Shown: piece by piece, positions 20,845 to 30,637 of the stretch
How the letters are laid out: every line of letters begins with the position of its first letter
How positions within the stretch are numbered: position 1 is the stretch's first letter
DNA from: an uncultured Acinetobacter sp.
GTDB lineage: Bacteria; Pseudomonadota; Gammaproteobacteria; Pseudomonadales; Moraxellaceae
Reading direction: 5' to 3'
Length of the DNA: 64,000 nt
Assembly: GCF_943914805.1 (NCBI RefSeq)
Contig: NZ_CALUDM010000001.1
Location: 7,586-71,585, forward strand
Notes under the pieces: model-generated
What the model was told of the DNA's origin: nothing
Database searches by the model: none
The model's input: only the letters and a program-made list of their open reading frames with translations
Position numbers and translations under genes: made by a program

Positions 20845-21098
20845 TGATGTTTTCACTTAAATAACTGATAAATGGTGTTCATTTCGTATACGCCAATAAA
20901 TAAATCAGGCAATGTTATAATTTTTAAATTATTTCAATTCATTAGCTTTGCTTTTTCATCTGTTTCTAACGCTATTCACAATCTTTTTCTGTATATTATT
21001 CATAACAATTGCATGATGAACACTGCAAAATTTTACAGAATCTGTCATTATGCATCGCAAGACGAAATTTCTAATTTTTGTGTTCAGGAGTGACTTAA

Positions 21099-22043
21099 AT
21101 GTCGAATGAAAACCAAAAGCCAACCCCACAAGCAGAGTCGGCAACAAATACAGACAAAGTCAGTCCTTTCCTAAGTGAACCATTACCGCAAGGCACACCA
21201 CAAGGTCAGCAACAATCATTACAACAACAGTCAGTCGATACGCCTGTTTCAGGTAATGTGCCTAAATATAATTTGCCACGTGGTGCAAATACTGGAAACG
21301 TGGGTGCAACCACACATTTCGGCTACCAAACTGTTAGTAGCGATGACAAAGCGCAGAAAGTTGCTGAAGTTTTCCATTCTGTTGCAAGTAAATACGACAT
21401 TATGAATGACTTGATGTCATTTGGTATTCACCGTCTATGGAAACGCTTTGCGATCAATATGTCTGGTGTACGCCGTGGTCAGCGTGTACTTGATATCGCA
21501 GGCGGTACAGGTGACTTAGCCAAAGTTTTCAGCCGTGAAGTTGGCCCAACAGGTCATGTTGTATTGTCTGATATTAATGAATCTATGTTGAATGTAGGTC
21601 GTGATCGTTTAATCGATGCAGGCTGTACCAATGTTGATTTTGTTTTGGCGAATGCTGAAACTTTAGAACCTTTCGAAGATAACAGCTTTGATCTTTTGAC
21701 CATCAGCTTTGGTCTACGTAACGTGACGGATAAAGATGCCGCACTTGCTGCAATGTATCGTGTCCTTAAGCCAGGTGGTCGTTTATTGGTATTAGAATTC
21801 TCTAAACCTGTATTTGAACCCTTCTCAAAATTATATGATTTGTATTCATTTACAGCCCTTCCTATCATGGGCAAAATCATTGCCAATGACTCTGAAAGTT
21901 ATAAATATTTGGCAGAATCGATTCGTATGCACCCTGACCAACGTACGCTTAAAAGTATGATGGAAAATGCAGGCTTCCAGAATTGTGATTACCACAACCT
22001 TACAGGTGGTATTGTCGCAGTGCATCGTGGTTTTAAACTGTAA
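21099..22043 (+). CDS. ubiE: Ubiquinone/menaquinone C-methyltransferase UbiE (annotated with a Q-rich 63-aa N-terminal extension; true start may be GTG near 21300)
   Basis: [46 protein letters not shown] matches the E. coli UbiE N-terminus (TTHFGFQTV...[26 protein letters not shown]). SAM motif [12 protein letters not shown] is present. Confidence 0.9.
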   Translation: MSNENQKPTPQAESATNTDKVSPFLSEPLPQGTPQGQQQSLQQQSVDTPVSGNVPKYNLPRGANTGNVGATTHFGYQTVSSDDKAQKVAEVFHSVASKYDIMNDLMSFGIHRLWKRFAINMSGVRRGQRVLDIAGGTGDLAKVFSREVGPTGHVVLSDINESMLNVGRDRLIDAGCTNVDFVLANAETLEPFEDNSFDLLTISFGLRNVTDKDAALAAMYRVLKPGGRLLVLEFSKPVFEPFSKLYDLYSFTALPIMGKIIANDSESYKYLAESIRMHPDQRTLKSMMENAGFQNCDYHNLTGGIVAVHRGFKL

Positions 22044-22072
22044 TCATTCACAGTCAACGGATCAGGTAAACT

Positions 22073-22741
22073 ATGTGGTCGATTCTGGCACTCGGTGCAG
22101 TTGAACGATTAATCAATCAATTCATAAACTTGGATGCGATTACTCGCATCCAATTAAATACATTGCAATCTCAAATGCTGCGTGTGGTGATAGATACGCC
22201 ACAACTTTCTGTTGATGTTTATTTTGATGAAAATAAAGTTCGCCTAGAACCCACTGTGACAGGTCATAGTGAAGCTACATCAATTTTTGAACAACGCCCA
22301 TTTGATCAAAAAGTTGCCATATCAGAAGCAACCGCAACACTGCATGTAAAGAATGTAGTTGAATTATTAAAGTTATTATTGTCTGATGATGTCGGCAATA
22401 TTCCCTTGCAAGGCGATTATCATCTCTTACAAGATGTTCAACGAATCATCCAACAGGCTGAGCCTGATTTGGCATCACATTTAAGTCCGTGGATTGGACC
22501 CGCACTTGCCCATGAAATTGCAAAAATTCAATTGGCACCCAAACATTTAAAACGCTCATTACAAAGCCATTTATTTTTTGCTGAAGATTTTTTTAAAGAA
22601 GATAGCGGTTTATTTGCACCTCGTTGGCAAATGGATGATCTTCAACAAGATACTCGCCAGCTCAACCAAAATATTGACCGTCTAGAAGCCAAAATTAAAC
22701 AGCTTCAAATGGCTTTCACTCCTACACAATTTGGTGATTGA
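22073..22741 (+). CDS. ubiJ: Ubiquinone biosynthesis accessory factor UbiJ (SCP2 domain)
   Basis: 222 aa between ubiE and ubiB. N-terminal SCP2-like region LALGAVERLINQFINLD. Confidence 0.75.
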   Translation: MWSILALGAVERLINQFINLDAITRIQLNTLQSQMLRVVIDTPQLSVDVYFDENKVRLEPTVTGHSEATSIFEQRPFDQKVAISEATATLHVKNVVELLKLLLSDDVGNIPLQGDYHLLQDVQRIIQQAEPDLASHLSPWIGPALAHEIAKIQLAPKHLKRSLQSHLFFAEDFFKEDSGLFAPRWQMDDLQQDTRQLNQNIDRLEAKIKQLQMAFTPTQFGD

Positions 22742-22745
22742 TTTT

Positions 22746-24365
22746 ATGATTCCGCACATTACCCGTTTATTCGAACTTTGGCGCATCGCCGCGCACTATA
22801 GACTCGACACACTGGTTCCTGCGGATGAACTCCCAGAAAAAGCAAAGCATGCTTTGGCTTTGATTCGTCTACACCCTGCTGCTTGGTCGAGCAGAGAACG
22901 TAAAAATCCATTGAAGCTGAAACTGGCTTTAGAAGAAATGGGGCCTTTGGCGATTAAACTTGGGCAGTTACTATCAACTCGCCGTGATCTGATTTCACCT
23001 GACATTTTACAACAATTGGTGTTATTACAAGATCGTGTCAAACCCTTTGATTCAAAGGTGGCTAAAGCTCGAATTGAAGAATCATTAAAAGCCAACGTTA
23101 GCACTTTATTTGCTCGTTTTGATGATCAACCTCTAGCAGCAGCATCCATTGCACAGGTTCACACAGCAGCCTTGCATGATGGTCGAGAAGTGGTTGTGAA
23201 AGTCACTCGTCCTGATATTCGTAGTCAAATTTTAGAAGATTTTGAAATTTTGACATGGCTTGGTGCAAATCTTGAGAAACGTTTAGAAGCTGCCCGTGCC
23301 GTGCATTTATCTGAAATTATTCAGAACTATCGTCAAGTCATTTTAAATGAGTTGGATTTGACTTTAGAAGCTGATAACACTCGCCGTATGCGTCATTACT
23401 TTACAGGTTCAAGCATGATGTATGTGCCTGAAGTGTACATGGACAGTAAAGACGTCATGGTGGCTGAGCGAATTACTGGCGTTCCAATTTCAGATATTGA
23501 AACCTTTGAAAGACTTGGTATGGATCGAAAAGATCTTGCTGAAAAAGGTTTAACCATCTTCTTTACCCAAGTGTTCCGTGACAATTTTTTCCATGCAGAT
23601 ATGCACCCCGGAAATGTGTTTGTTGAAACGCTGAACCCAACTCACCCACGTTATATTGCACTGGATTGTGCAATTATGGGGGAATTGTCTAAGCAAGATC
23701 AGATGACTGTTGCTCGCATGCTGCTTGCAGTAATGAACAGTGACTTCATGCAATTGATTCAGATTGTGCATCAAGCAGGCTGGATCCCACCGGGAACAGA
23801 TCAAGATGCTTTAGCCCGTGAAATGCGTCGTACTGTTGGGCCAATGGTCTCTAAACCAATGCATGAATTGGACTTCGCAGGGATTCTACTGCAAGTCATG
23901 GATATTGCTCGTCGCTTCCATTTAGAAATTCCACCACAGCTAATGTTATTGCTTAAAACATTGGTGCATGTGGAAGGTTTAGGTACAGACTTGTACCCTG
24001 AATTGGATATTTGGAGTTTGGCAAAGCCAATCCTGACCGAATGGGTTAAAGCACAAATGAATCCGCAGAAAAACTTAAAAGAATTGGGACAAAAAATTCC
24101 TGATTTACTTTTAGGTGCGCAGGATTTTCCAACTTTGATTGTAGACAGTTTAAATGGTCTAAAAAATCAGTCTGCATGGCATGCCAAACAGCTCCATGAA
24201 TTACAAATGATGCGTTTAGAAGTTGAACATCAACAAAAGCGTAGTTGGATTTTCGGCAGTATCATGGCGATTTTCCTATCGATTGCGATTATTGCGCCGT
24301 GGTATGTTTCGATTGTTCTGATTGTATTCGCTGGTATTTTAGCGCTTTGGCGGATTGCAAAGTAA
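22746..24365 (+). CDS. ubiB: Ubiquinone biosynthesis regulatory protein kinase-like UbiB
   Basis: ABC1/UbiB kinase-like motifs (AAASIAQVHTA, HADMHPGNVF) and C-terminal TM helices. ATG at 22746 (MIPHITRLFELWRI) lies 4 bp after the ubiJ stop; the track ORF opens earlier with TTG. Confidence 0.9.
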   Translation: MIPHITRLFELWRIAAHYRLDTLVPADELPEKAKHALALIRLHPAAWSSRERKNPLKLKLALEEMGPLAIKLGQLLSTRRDLISPDILQQLVLLQDRVKPFDSKVAKARIEESLKANVSTLFARFDDQPLAAASIAQVHTAALHDGREVVVKVTRPDIRSQILEDFEILTWLGANLEKRLEAARAVHLSEIIQNYRQVILNELDLTLEADNTRRMRHYFTGSSMMYVPEVYMDSKDVMVAERITGVPISDIETFERLGMDRKDLAEKGLTIFFTQVFRDNFFHADMHPGNVFVETLNPTHPRYIALDCAIMGELSKQDQMTVARMLLAVMNSDFMQLIQIVHQAGWIPPGTDQDALAREMRRTVGPMVSKPMHELDFAGILLQVMDIARRFHLEIPPQLMLLLKTLVHVEGLGTDLYPELDIWSLAKPILTEWVKAQMNPQKNLKELGQKIPDLLLGAQDFPTLIVDSLNGLKNQSAWHAKQLHELQMMRLEVEHQQKRSWIFGSIMAIFLSIAIIAPWYVSIVLIVFAGILALWRIAK

Positions 24366-24414
24366 TAAAACAGTTGAAACTATAATTCAAAGCAAGATCA
24401 AATAAATAAGCACA

Positions 24415-24443
24415 ATAGCGACTGAAAAGTCGCTATTTTTTTG
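24415..24443 (+). terminator. Rho-independent terminator after ubiB
   Basis: AATAGCGACT-gaaa-AGTCGCTATT followed by TTTTTTT. Confidence 0.8.
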
Positions 24444-24529
24444 TATAACAATGACTCCAAAGTCACCCACTGAAACCTCTCGCCATTGCGCTGTCATTCA
24501 CTCAACTTAAAATAAAACCATCAATTTGA

Positions 24530-25624
24530 GTGAGTACAGCCATGGCCCAAATTCTACAAAAACGTCCTTCATCAATCACCCTACGTGCAGGCTCACTCGC
24601 CAAACAACTCATTGAAAATGAAGGTCTATATGCACATCAAGTGGATACTATTCCAGGTGCGGCTGGTGGTCCCAAAGGCATCGGGCTTACAGGGCTAGAT
24701 CAAGCCATATTTGGTGAATTTCTTCCTCAGGCTAAACAACGCCGTTTCTTAATCGGTTCATCTGTTGGTGCATGGCGCTTTGCAGGGATTGTGACACAAG
24801 GTGAAAAACTGGGGCCCGAAAAACTGGCTGAACTGTATATTCATCTTCCTTTTCGTAAGGGAATGAAAATTGCTGAAATTGAGAAAATTTCTAGAGAAAT
24901 GCTTGCAGGTATTCTCACCGATCAAACCCATAAGCTGATTGATCATCCCGACTATCATTTGACGATCATTGCAGCAAAAGCACAGCATTTATTTCAAAGT
25001 GATCAAAAGCTTGCGCTATATGGATCTTTACTTGGCATTATCGGTAGCAATGCAATTTCACGTGATCACTTAAATAAATTTATGCAACGTGTCATTTGTC
25101 AGCCTGCTGATTTTCCACAATTTAAAATCCAAGAAGATGCGTTTAAAACCCATTATGTCAATTTTAATCAGGGCAATGTGACTGATTGGCTCATGGCTTC
25201 AGGCTCGATTCCTGGCGTTACACCTGCCGTAAAAAATATTGCAGATGCACCTCAAGGTGCGTACCGTGATGGCGGTTTGATCGATTACCATATTGATTTG
25301 CCATTTCAAAGCAAGGGCATTGTTTTATATCCACATTTTACCGACAGCATTACCCCAGGTTGGTTTGATAAAATGTTTAAATCACGCAGAGCCAATCCCG
25401 AAAATCAAGCTCGGACTTTGTTAATCTCTCCATCTCAAGACTATTTAAAATCATTACCTTTGGGACGCTTACCAGATCGTAAAGATTTTGTACTAAAAGG
25501 CTTAGATGAAAAGCAACGAATTCAATTATGGAAACAATCTGTTGCAGAAAGTCAGCGTATGGGCGATGAGTTTTTAGAGTTGATTGAAAAGCAGAATTTT
25601 AATCAAGTCATTCAAACACTTTAA
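24530..25624 (+). CDS. Patatin-like phospholipase family protein
   Basis: GxSxG nucleophile motif (IGSSVGAW) and catalytic Asp in a DGG context (YRDGGLIDYH). About 360 aa. Confidence 0.6.
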   Translation: MSTAMAQILQKRPSSITLRAGSLAKQLIENEGLYAHQVDTIPGAAGGPKGIGLTGLDQAIFGEFLPQAKQRRFLIGSSVGAWRFAGIVTQGEKLGPEKLAELYIHLPFRKGMKIAEIEKISREMLAGILTDQTHKLIDHPDYHLTIIAAKAQHLFQSDQKLALYGSLLGIIGSNAISRDHLNKFMQRVICQPADFPQFKIQEDAFKTHYVNFNQGNVTDWLMASGSIPGVTPAVKNIADAPQGAYRDGGLIDYHIDLPFQSKGIVLYPHFTDSITPGWFDKMFKSRRANPENQARTLLISPSQDYLKSLPLGRLPDRKDFVLKGLDEKQRIQLWKQSVAESQRMGDEFLELIEKQNFNQVIQTL

Positions 25625-25655
25625 TCTGCATCTACGACTCATTTGATGAGTACAA

Positions 25656-25700
25656 ATTTTAGGAATAAATTGCTTTAAATTTATTCCTAAAATATTTTTC
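25656..25700 (+). terminator. Rho-independent terminator after the patatin-like gene
   Basis: ATTTTAGGAATAAATT-gctt-(ta)AATTTATTCCTAAAAT followed by ATTTTTC. Confidence 0.7.
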
Positions 25701-25856
25701 TTGATCGATTTTCTAAAAAACTTTTGAGGTTCTAAGTGATTTGTATTGCCCTACAGTAATACAACTTAAAATCTCGAATGGAGATAATATCTAATTGATT
25801 ATGCGAATCATCATTTTATCTGCTAAATTATGATTAAAATTTAAATACTTAAAATA

Positions 25857-27137
25857 ATGATGAAACCACCCCACTTCGCCATCATTGGAGCAGGAACCGC
25901 AGGATTAGCCACTGCTATTTTACTTGCTCAGCAAAATATTCAAGTCACTATTTTAGAAAAAGCCAACACACTTGAACCTGTGGGTGCAGGCTTACTGCTA
26001 CAACCTTCTGGGCTTGCGGTCTTTGAACATTTAGGTGTTTTAAACGAAGCACTAAAACTTGGTGCAGTTGTTACAGGTTTAGAAGGACAACTCGCCAACG
26101 GTTTTAAACTGGTGAATAGCCATTACTCGCAAGCACATCCCGATTTTTATGGACTAGGGATTCATCGAGCAAGTTTATGTCATGTTTTAGAAAATAAATG
26201 TCGTGAATATCCTGAACTGATTACATGGCAAATGAATGTTGATATTCATAAACTTGAAGAATTATCCAATCAAGTTCGAGTCTATGGTCATGTTAATGAT
26301 GCATCATTTGATGATGTTTTCGATACGGTGATTATTGCCAATGGTGCTCGTAGTACATTAAGACCAAAATCTTGGGTTAAAGTCGATCAAGCTTATCCTT
26401 GGGGAGCAAAATGGACGATTGTTCCTGAATGTTTAGCAATGGATAGCCAAATCCTGCATCAATTTTATGACCGCTCAAAAATCATGATGGGCATTTTACC
26501 CACTGGAGCAATCCCTACAGCGCCAAATCAGCGTCTTTCAAGTATTTTTTGGAGCCTTCCAACGAATCAATTGGGGCATTTTCTACAAAACTCTCAAGCA
26601 CGTTCCGACTGGTTAAATGAAGTTGCTAAGCGCTGGAAACCTGCTGCCGATTGGTTTGAACAAGTGATTGCCCAGCCCGAAGAAAAACAACAATGGCTAT
26701 CGGCAAATTATCGTGATGTTGTCATGTCTAAATTTGGAGAAGGACGAATAGCTGTGATTGGCGATGCTGCTCATGCCATGAGCCCGCAACTTGGACAAGG
26801 TGCAAATATGGCACTTTTGGATGCATGGGCTTTGGGGCAAGCCGTTCAAAACGCAAGAAAAAATGAGGGTATTGATTATGTTCAACTTTGGCAAACTTAT
26901 CATCAACATCGTAAAAGCTCGACGGCCTTTTATCAATTTTTAAGTCGTTTATTGACACCACTTTACCAATCTGATTTGTGGTGGGCAGGTAGTTTAAGAG
27001 ATTTGAGCTTTTCTTGGATGTATCGAATCCCCTATTTCCGTAAAGAAATGGCAGTCACGGTTTCAGGTTTAAAGTCTGGAATGTTCAGCCAAATGCGCTA
27101 TGAAGATATTGCTAAAAATAATGATAAACAACGTTAA
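25857..27137 (+). CDS. FAD-dependent monooxygenase (aromatic hydroxylase family)
   Basis: N-terminal Rossmann GxGxxG (IIGAGTAGLATAILLA...ILEK). FAD-binding GD motif GDAAHAMSPQLGQGANMALLDA, typical of UbiH/salicylate hydroxylase-type flavoproteins. Confidence 0.7.
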   Translation: MMKPPHFAIIGAGTAGLATAILLAQQNIQVTILEKANTLEPVGAGLLLQPSGLAVFEHLGVLNEALKLGAVVTGLEGQLANGFKLVNSHYSQAHPDFYGLGIHRASLCHVLENKCREYPELITWQMNVDIHKLEELSNQVRVYGHVNDASFDDVFDTVIIANGARSTLRPKSWVKVDQAYPWGAKWTIVPECLAMDSQILHQFYDRSKIMMGILPTGAIPTAPNQRLSSIFWSLPTNQLGHFLQNSQARSDWLNEVAKRWKPAADWFEQVIAQPEEKQQWLSANYRDVVMSKFGEGRIAVIGDAAHAMSPQLGQGANMALLDAWALGQAVQNARKNEGIDYVQLWQTYHQHRKSSTAFYQFLSRLLTPLYQSDLWWAGSLRDLSFSWMYRIPYFRKEMAVTVSGLKSGMFSQMRYEDIAKNNDKQR

Positions 27138-27416
27138 GACAGGACAATAGCCGTATTTAAAATACTGTTTCTGATCTCTACGCAATCCAAACCAATCGAA
27201 AGCCGCGCGTAGATCATTGTCTTAATCATTCATAACAAAGCGATCGTCATAATTTTTGAATGAGTTATATTTTCAATATATTTCCGAGAAGCCTCTGTTT
27301 AAACTCAGTTAGATTACTGTAGAAAGATTTCCGCAAATCAGTTCAAATCACGTAAACTATAGACCTCTACGTTGACATCGTAGTGCTCTCAAAATTTATT
27401 AACTTGGTGAAATCCT

Positions 27417-28202
27417 ATGAACAATCTGCAATGGCTCGATGAAGTAAAATTTAACGAACAAGGACTTATTCCTGCTATTGCACAGCATCATCAAACAGGA
27501 CGTATTTTGATGGTGGCATGGATGAACCGTGAAGCACTACAACTCACTGCTGAAAAAAATCGTGGTGTCTATTTCTCTCGCTCACGCAATAAACTTTGGT
27601 TTAAAGGCGAAGAATCTGGTCATTTTCAAACTGTTTATGAAATTCGTTTGGACTGCGATGCAGATGTTATCGTATTACAAATTGAACAACAGGGCGGAAT
27701 TGCGTGCCATACAGGACGTGAGTCTTGCTTCTATCGTAAGCTTACGCCAAATGGTTGGGAAATTGTTGATGCACAACTCAAAGACCCTGCTTCTATTTAT
27801 GCTGAAAAAGCATCTGCAAACCCACATACTATGGCTATGAATGCATCAAATGCTCAAGCTGAACAAGTTGAAGTGCTCGATTATTTAGGTAAGATGATGG
27901 CGCAACGTAAGTCAGCAGATGCAGACTCTTCTTATGTGGCGACACTTTACCAAAAGGGTTTGAATAAAATCTTAGAAAAAATTGGTGAAGAAAGTGTTGA
28001 AACTATCATTGCGGCTAAAGATTTTAAATTAGCTGCCAATGAAGACAATAAAAACGATTTAATCTATGAAGTGGCTGATTTGTGGTTCCATACCATTGTT
28101 ATGCTCGGTTATTTCGATCTAGATATTCAGTTGGTATTGAATGAATTGGCACGTCGCCAAGGACTTTCAGGACTTGTTGAAAAAGCTAAACGTAGTCATT
28201 AA
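27417..28202 (+). CDS. hisI: Bifunctional phosphoribosyl-AMP cyclohydrolase / phosphoribosyl-ATP pyrophosphatase HisIE
   Basis: HisI core ([13 protein letters not shown]...[11 protein letters not shown]...[11 protein letters not shown]) followed by HisE MazG-like region (ATLYQKG...[13 protein letters not shown]). Confidence 0.9.
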   Translation: MNNLQWLDEVKFNEQGLIPAIAQHHQTGRILMVAWMNREALQLTAEKNRGVYFSRSRNKLWFKGEESGHFQTVYEIRLDCDADVIVLQIEQQGGIACHTGRESCFYRKLTPNGWEIVDAQLKDPASIYAEKASANPHTMAMNASNAQAEQVEVLDYLGKMMAQRKSADADSSYVATLYQKGLNKILEKIGEESVETIIAAKDFKLAANEDNKNDLIYEVADLWFHTIVMLGYFDLDIQLVLNELARRQGLSGLVEKAKRSH

Positions 28203-28242
28203 ACACTTAGAAATCTTTCCTTACGAAGCATTCTTCTTCGTT

Positions 28243-28297
28243 AAAAAAAGAGGGACTAAGCATATAAAATGATTTTATATGCTTAGTCCCTCTTTCC
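28243..28297. terminator. Bidirectional terminator, 21-bp perfect stem, between hisIE (+) and phoX (-)
   Basis: AAAAAAA-GAGGGACTAAGCATATAAAAT-g-ATTTTATATGCTTAGTCCCTC-TTTCCC. A-run upstream and T-rich downstream, so functional on both strands. Confidence 0.8.
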
Positions 28298-28375
28298 CTT
28301 ACGCCATATTTGGCTCAGGGTTAGGGGGAGATTCTTAAAAATTAGAACAAAAATTTATATTTCTCTTAAAACAAA

Positions 28376-30376
28376 TTAAACAGGCTTCTTCTCTACAGAA
28401 GGCGCAATCGGATCAGCCGTTAAATAACCTACAGCCGCTGCATAGCGATCTTTATAATTAGCACGGATCAATGGATCTAAAGTCGCTTGAACTTTACTGT
28501 GCAAAGAACCCCAATCCCCCGGATGCTGGAAATTACTCATAATATACGTCCAACCATTGATTGAATCGACCGCATGTAAACCTGTAGATTCTGCACCTGC
28601 TGGACAAGAAAGAATTCGATCTAACTTTTTAGTATCAACGTTATATGCCCATAAATAATTATTCACATGGTTACCACTGTCTTCACCAATGAATAAAGTA
28701 CGGAATGTCTCAGAGAATTTTAAATTATCCGCACTGGCAATCGTGTTTGGATCAGCTGTATTACCAATCCCCAATGGATCTGTTGCAGCATCGATATCTT
28801 TACCAATCAAAAGCATATGTGATTGATATGGCACCCAGTCACTGATAATTGGGCTACCTGATTTATCATTTTTAGCACCTGCAAGATCATGCGCAACGAT
28901 ACCACCTGCTGAAATTTTCTTCGCAAATGTGACATTGTTGCTTTCTGTCCAAGCGGCATTGCCTTTAATCATAGAGTCTTGAATATTGGCTAAAGCAGAA
29001 TAGGCAACTTTGTCTTTGGCATTGACCGTTGTACCTTCCATCTTGGTAAATGCCATACTTGCGCCCATCAAGGCTGCATAGCGATGTGTTTCCAAGAATG
29101 CTGCTGCTTTTTCCATGCCTGGTTTAACTTTGACCCATATGCTTTTCTTCTGCAGAATGATCTTGGTGAAACTCGCATCTTGCGGATCTTTATCCAAACT
29201 TTCCATGATATCGGTCGGTTGAATATTTTTAACATTCACCAAATCTTCAATTTCTTGACTCGTAGCATGCCCCAATTTAATCCATTGAATTTGTGCCGTT
29301 GAGGTCTCATTCAATTCATTTAAATACTTGGCAACATACAATGTTCCTGCAGATAAATCTTTTTCTTTATCAGCAACAAACATGAACAAACCACCATTGG
29401 TATAGTCATCGCCCATTAACGCTGTACGGTTATCAGGCATGACTTGAATCAATTCATGTGAAATACGACCTAAACAATAATGCTTTTTCACAGAACCTGT
29501 GCCGTCTTTGTTAACAGTGATCTCAGGTAAATGCCCATAGTTATAGGCTTTTGCCGAAGTTTCATCACCATACACATTTTTACTGTAGGCTTTCATGGTT
29601 GCCATATCAGTACCTAAGCCTTGTGCAAATGCATCTGGCTCATATTCTTCACTCGAAAGATGTGTTCCCCACGGCGATAAACTTGCGCCACAAGTAATCC
29701 ATAAACCATGTGCCTTAGACATATCAACATTGTGGTATTTCACTAAGCTTAAATGCCCTGTTTTTGGATCTTGATCTAGCGAAATAATGGCAATAGGCGA
29801 TGGTAATTTACCGTACATATCATTGCCAGCTAAATCACGGCTGGTATATTCAAATTGCACAACTGCAAAGACTGGATTGCCTTTTACACCATCAACTTTG
29901 GCATCTTTCACGGTCAATAATGATGTCCCATCTGGACAGTCTGAAAAGAACTGACGTTCTTGACCTGCGACAGATTTATCCATAATCGCTTTATTATTAA
30001 TATCATAATAACCGCCTGCCAAAATTTTACCGCCCTTCCCATCACTGACCATATCACCCGTTTGGAAGAAGGTTTTATACGCAAGTTTATATTCAGTCTT
30101 GGTATTATCATCCCAAGTCACAGCTAAACCCGAAGCAACAGTCGTTGTTGCCATCGCTGCTGCATTTGCCAATGTTGGCGCATCCATTGGGGTAAATGTC
30201 GCTGATTTTAATTTAGCTGGATTTACTGGTGGCGTAACGACTGTATCGTTGTTGTTGTCATCGTTACATCCTGCAAGTGTTGCAGAAGTCGCCATTGCCC
30301 CAAGTGGAAGAAAAGGTACGCTGGCTAACCATTTGAGAATTTCACGACGTGTGTGCTGGTTGGCTGAGTTTGTCAT
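28376..30376 (-). CDS. Tat-secreted alkaline phosphatase PhoX family (DUF839)
   Basis: N-terminal twin-arginine-like signal (HTRREILKWLASVPFLPLGAMATSATLAGC, possible lipobox). Internal CGASLSPWGTHLSSEEYEPD matches the conserved PhoX SPWGT...EE active-site region. 666 aa. Confidence 0.55.
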   Translation of the reverse strand: MTNSANQHTRREILKWLASVPFLPLGAMATSATLAGCNDDNNNDTVVTPPVNPAKLKSATFTPMDAPTLANAAAMATTTVASGLAVTWDDNTKTEYKLAYKTFFQTGDMVSDGKGGKILAGGYYDINNKAIMDKSVAGQERQFFSDCPDGTSLLTVKDAKVDGVKGNPVFAVVQFEYTSRDLAGNDMYGKLPSPIAIISLDQDPKTGHLSLVKYHNVDMSKAHGLWITCGASLSPWGTHLSSEEYEPDAFAQGLGTDMATMKAYSKNVYGDETSAKAYNYGHLPEITVNKDGTGSVKKHYCLGRISHELIQVMPDNRTALMGDDYTNGGLFMFVADKEKDLSAGTLYVAKYLNELNETSTAQIQWIKLGHATSQEIEDLVNVKNIQPTDIMESLDKDPQDASFTKIILQKKSIWVKVKPGMEKAAAFLETHRYAALMGASMAFTKMEGTTVNAKDKVAYSALANIQDSMIKGNAAWTESNNVTFAKKISAGGIVAHDLAGAKNDKSGSPIISDWVPYQSHMLLIGKDIDAATDPLGIGNTADPNTIASADNLKFSETFRTLFIGEDSGNHVNNYLWAYNVDTKKLDRILSCPAGAESTGLHAVDSINGWTYIMSNFQHPGDWGSLHSKVQATLDPLIRANYKDRYAAAVGYLTADPIAPSVEKKPV

Positions 30377-30421
30377 CTAGAGTTTCCAATTTAATTTTAG
30401 AATTTTTCCTCGCTTGATTTT

Positions 30422-30450
30422 AGAAATACAGCATGACAGTTCGATTTCAC
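30422..30450 (-). promoter_or_regulatory. Candidate Pho box upstream of phoX (perfect CTGTCAT half-site with 11-bp-phased weaker repeats)
   Basis: Minus strand reads GTGAAAT-cgaa-CTGTCAT-gctg-TATTTCT, 46-75 bp upstream of the phoX ATG. A TAAAAT -10-like hexamer lies at 30393-30398 (minus). Spacing to the -10 is longer than in E. coli phoA. Confidence 0.3.
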
Positions 30451-30637
30451 TTTTAAGTCAATTTAAAGACAAAAACTTAAAAACTCATATTGTGATAAAA
30501 ATTATAGGGATAGCTCTTTGTGGATTCTCATAAAGATGCTCCGAGCAATATCCCACTAGAATTACCCCTTGTATTGAGGAAATTTTGCTATACTCAGCGC
30601 TGTATTAAATTCTCAACTTATAAGACTTCATAACCCT

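Noticed and set aside
27529-27840. 103-aa ORF overlapping hisIE in another frame
   Set aside because: Entirely inside hisIE. HisIE homology explains the region.
30422-30450. Treating the Pho-box-like repeats as a confident PhoB site
   Set aside because: Only one half-site is canonical and the spacing to a -10 element is atypical. I kept it only as a low-confidence feature and finding.
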